A program made the position numbers and the translations under genes. Below the pieces are notes generated by a model. The model had not been told where the DNA came from and ran no database searches. It worked only from the letters and a program-made list of their open reading frames with translations. A stretch of DNA of 64,000 nt, taken from contig CAVXPZ010000003.1 in the NCBI GenBank assembly GCA_963763775.1, positions 736,001-800,000 on the forward strand, in the 5' to 3' direction. Origin of the DNA: an uncultured Chloroflexia bacterium (GTDB lineage Bacteria; Chloroflexota; Limnocylindria; Limnocylindrales; CSP1-4). This document shows positions 62,280 to 64,000 of this stretch, one piece after another (position 1 is the stretch's first letter; the number at the start of each line of letters is the position of its first letter).

Positions 62280-62345
62280 TGCTCGGCGATGTCGTAGAGC
62301 TCCAGGGTCGTCGTCGAAGGTGGTTCTCAGGTCAGTGTTCGGCAT
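62280..62345 (-). pseudogene. 5' fragment resembling a class I SAM methyltransferase start
   Basis: MPNTDLRTTFDDDP-ELYD then collapses about 35 bp before the tRNA-Lys 3' end. Confidence 0.4.
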
Positions 62346-62370
62346 GTCCGCTCGTACGGCAGCGACCCTG

Positions 62371-62799
62371 CTAGACGTACGACGCGTCCGCGTAGTCCCA
62401 GGCGCGGATGACCGTCGGCACGATCCGGACGATGATGCCGCCGTCGAGCAGGTAATCGTCGACCGTCGCGCCCGGGTCGTGCGCCTCGACGTAGCGGCGG
62501 ACGATCTGTGGGCCAAGAGTGCCGTAGTCGTCAGTCGAGGTCTGGCCCTCGCCTCGGACCTCGATGCCTCGGTACGGCTGCTCGTCCTCGGCGACGAGGA
62601 TCGTGCAGCGCGGGTCGCGCGCGAGCATCGACACCTTGCGGTCGCCGCCGGGGAACTGGACGTAGAACGTGCCGTCCCGGAACAGGTGCCAGACCGGCGT
62701 CAGGAGGATCGAGCCATCCTGCCGGTGCAGCCCCAGGACGGCATTCAGCGGCCGATCGAGCAGATCGCCAAGGTCGCTCGGCTGGAGGTTCCGGCGCAC
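62371..62799 (-). CDS. PPOX/pyridoxamine-phosphate-oxidase-like (F420-type) protein
   Basis: DGSILLTPVW, KVSMLARDPRC and YRGIEVRG; TACACT-N6-GTG start. Confidence 0.85.
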   Translation of the reverse strand: MRRNLQPSDLGDLLDRPLNAVLGLHRQDGSILLTPVWHLFRDGTFYVQFPGGDRKVSMLARDPRCTILVAEDEQPYRGIEVRGEGQTSTDDYGTLGPQIVRRYVEAHDPGATVDDYLLDGGIIVRIVPTVIRAWDYADASYV

Positions 62800-62886
62800 G
62801 ACACGAGTGTAGGCACGACGCGCGGACGGTACCGTGGCAAGCCCAGCGTGGTCAGTCGGTCGGATGGATGGTGAGGAGGGGATCCG

Positions 62887-63207
62887 ATGGGGACATGGAC
62901 GCGCAGTTCGGCGCCGCCGGACGCTGCGGAGGTGCTCGGGGCGGTCTCGATCTTCGAGCGGCCGGCGGGGCCGGACCAGCTCATCGTGCTGTACCTGACA
63001 CCCGACACCGGGGCGCAGGTGGATCCGGCGGTCATGTATGCGGCCGTCGCGGAGGACGCGGCCATCCGGGCCGGCGCCGGCTGGCGGATCATCTCCACCG
63101 ACTCGCTGTCGTACCGGCAGATGGGGACCGCGGGGAACATCCTGTTCCAGAGCGGCGGCCAGTACAGCACGCAGGCCGCCGTGTCGGTCGTCTTCGAGCG
63201 CCGCTAG
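62887..63207 (+). CDS. hypothetical protein
   Basis: GAGGAGG RBS; 106-aa GC3-rich ORF. Confidence 0.65.
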   Translation: MGTWTRSSAPPDAAEVLGAVSIFERPAGPDQLIVLYLTPDTGAQVDPAVMYAAVAEDAAIRAGAGWRIISTDSLSYRQMGTAGNILFQSGGQYSTQAAVSVVFERR

Positions 63208-63360
63208 CGTCGGTCCGCCGGCCGGACGGCCGGACGGCCCGAAGGCTCCGTGACCCTCGGCCCTCGCAGACCTTGCGCGGCCATGGAAGAATCGACGGAG
63301 CCCGCGTGACAGGCCGCTCGGTTCGCCGCCTGACGAGGGCGGAGCATGCGGTAGCCCACC

Positions 63361-64000
63361 ATGCGCATCCGACGCGGCCTGCTGTTCGCCGGCCTCTTCT
63401 TCATCCCGGTCGGCGTGATGACCCTGCTGGTCCGCGCCGGCACGATCAGTGCCGCGTCCCTCGCGGACGTGTGGCGGTTCTGGCCGCTCGTCCTGATCGG
63501 CATCGGGATCGCGCTGCTCCTCGGGCGAAGCCGGGCCGCCTCGGTCGGGATCGCCATCGCCGCGCTGGTGCTCGGCATCCTGGTCGGCAGCGCGATCGCC
63601 TCGAACGGCGACTGGATCGCGACCTTCTCCCAGTGCGGCTCCACGACCGCTGACTCGGAGCAGATCGACCGGAACGGCGCCTTCACCGCGTCGGCGACCA
63701 TCGACCTGAAGCTGCGATGCGGGACCGCCACGCTGACGACCGGGCCGGGAGATGCGTGGGGGCTCCAGGCGCGATACGACGGGGCACCGCCGACGGTCGA
63801 CGAGGCGCCCGATCGACTCCAGGTGCAGGTCCCCGACGGCTCGGGCGTGCGCCGCAACGACTGGACGATCACCGCCCCGACGGGCCGGTTCAGCGTGCTG
63901 CGCGTCGCGTCGAACGCCGCGACCGGCTCGTTCACCCTTGCCGGTGCCACGCTCCAGGGCGTCACGGTGCAGGCGAACGCCGGCGACATCCTCGTGGACG
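63361..64000 (+). CDS. membrane protein with LiaF-like N-terminus (partial, runs off window end)
   Basis: MRIRRGLLFAGLFFIPVG...WRFWPLVLIGIGIALLLGR, then a beta-rich extracellular region. Confidence 0.75.
   Translation, partial: MRIRRGLLFAGLFFIPVGVMTLLVRAGTISAASLADVWRFWPLVLIGIGIALLLGRSRAASVGIAIAALVLGILVGSAIASNGDWIATFSQCGSTTADSEQIDRNGAFTASATIDLKLRCGTATLTTGPGDAWGLQARYDGAPPTVDEAPDRLQVQVPDGSGVRRNDWTITAPTGRFSVLRVASNAATGSFTLAGATLQGVTVQANAGDILVD

Overview
This is a high-GC (about 70%) bacterial chromosome segment. Gene content and style suggest Chloroflexota, possibly Limnocylindria (inference only). Many genes, including lysA and dapA, are broken by single-base indels, most likely long-read consensus errors. 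Contents in order: a cAMP-signalling-rich accessory region (three class III cyclases, two cNMP-binding proteins), a divergent arsR/arsM locus, a tRNA-Arg(TCG) hotspot, the dapB-dapA-dapD-lysA operon, M23/HD/CAP/WYL genes, two tandem DUF62 SAM-hydrolase genes with an ECF transporter, an HTH-GAF-GGDEF protein, a Rieske/cytochrome b6-type cluster with a GltD-like flavoprotein and a cytochrome c-cupredoxin fusion, and tRNA-Lys(TTT). Three signals stand out. (1) Four ~61-bp repeats lie downstream of tRNA-Arg. Each starts with the tRNA 3' end, they separate integrase-less cargo segments of 0.7-3.1 kb, and their non-tRNA arm encodes a conserved orphan C-terminal peptide (RPEGSxRAxQTLRVEGVEELxxxLRAA-stop) resembling a proteolysis tag cut off by integration. 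(2) A leaderless 26-aa KKK leader peptide with a full terminator/antiterminator precedes the lysine operon. (3) A leaderless TANNNT-N6/8-start promoter architecture is pervasive.
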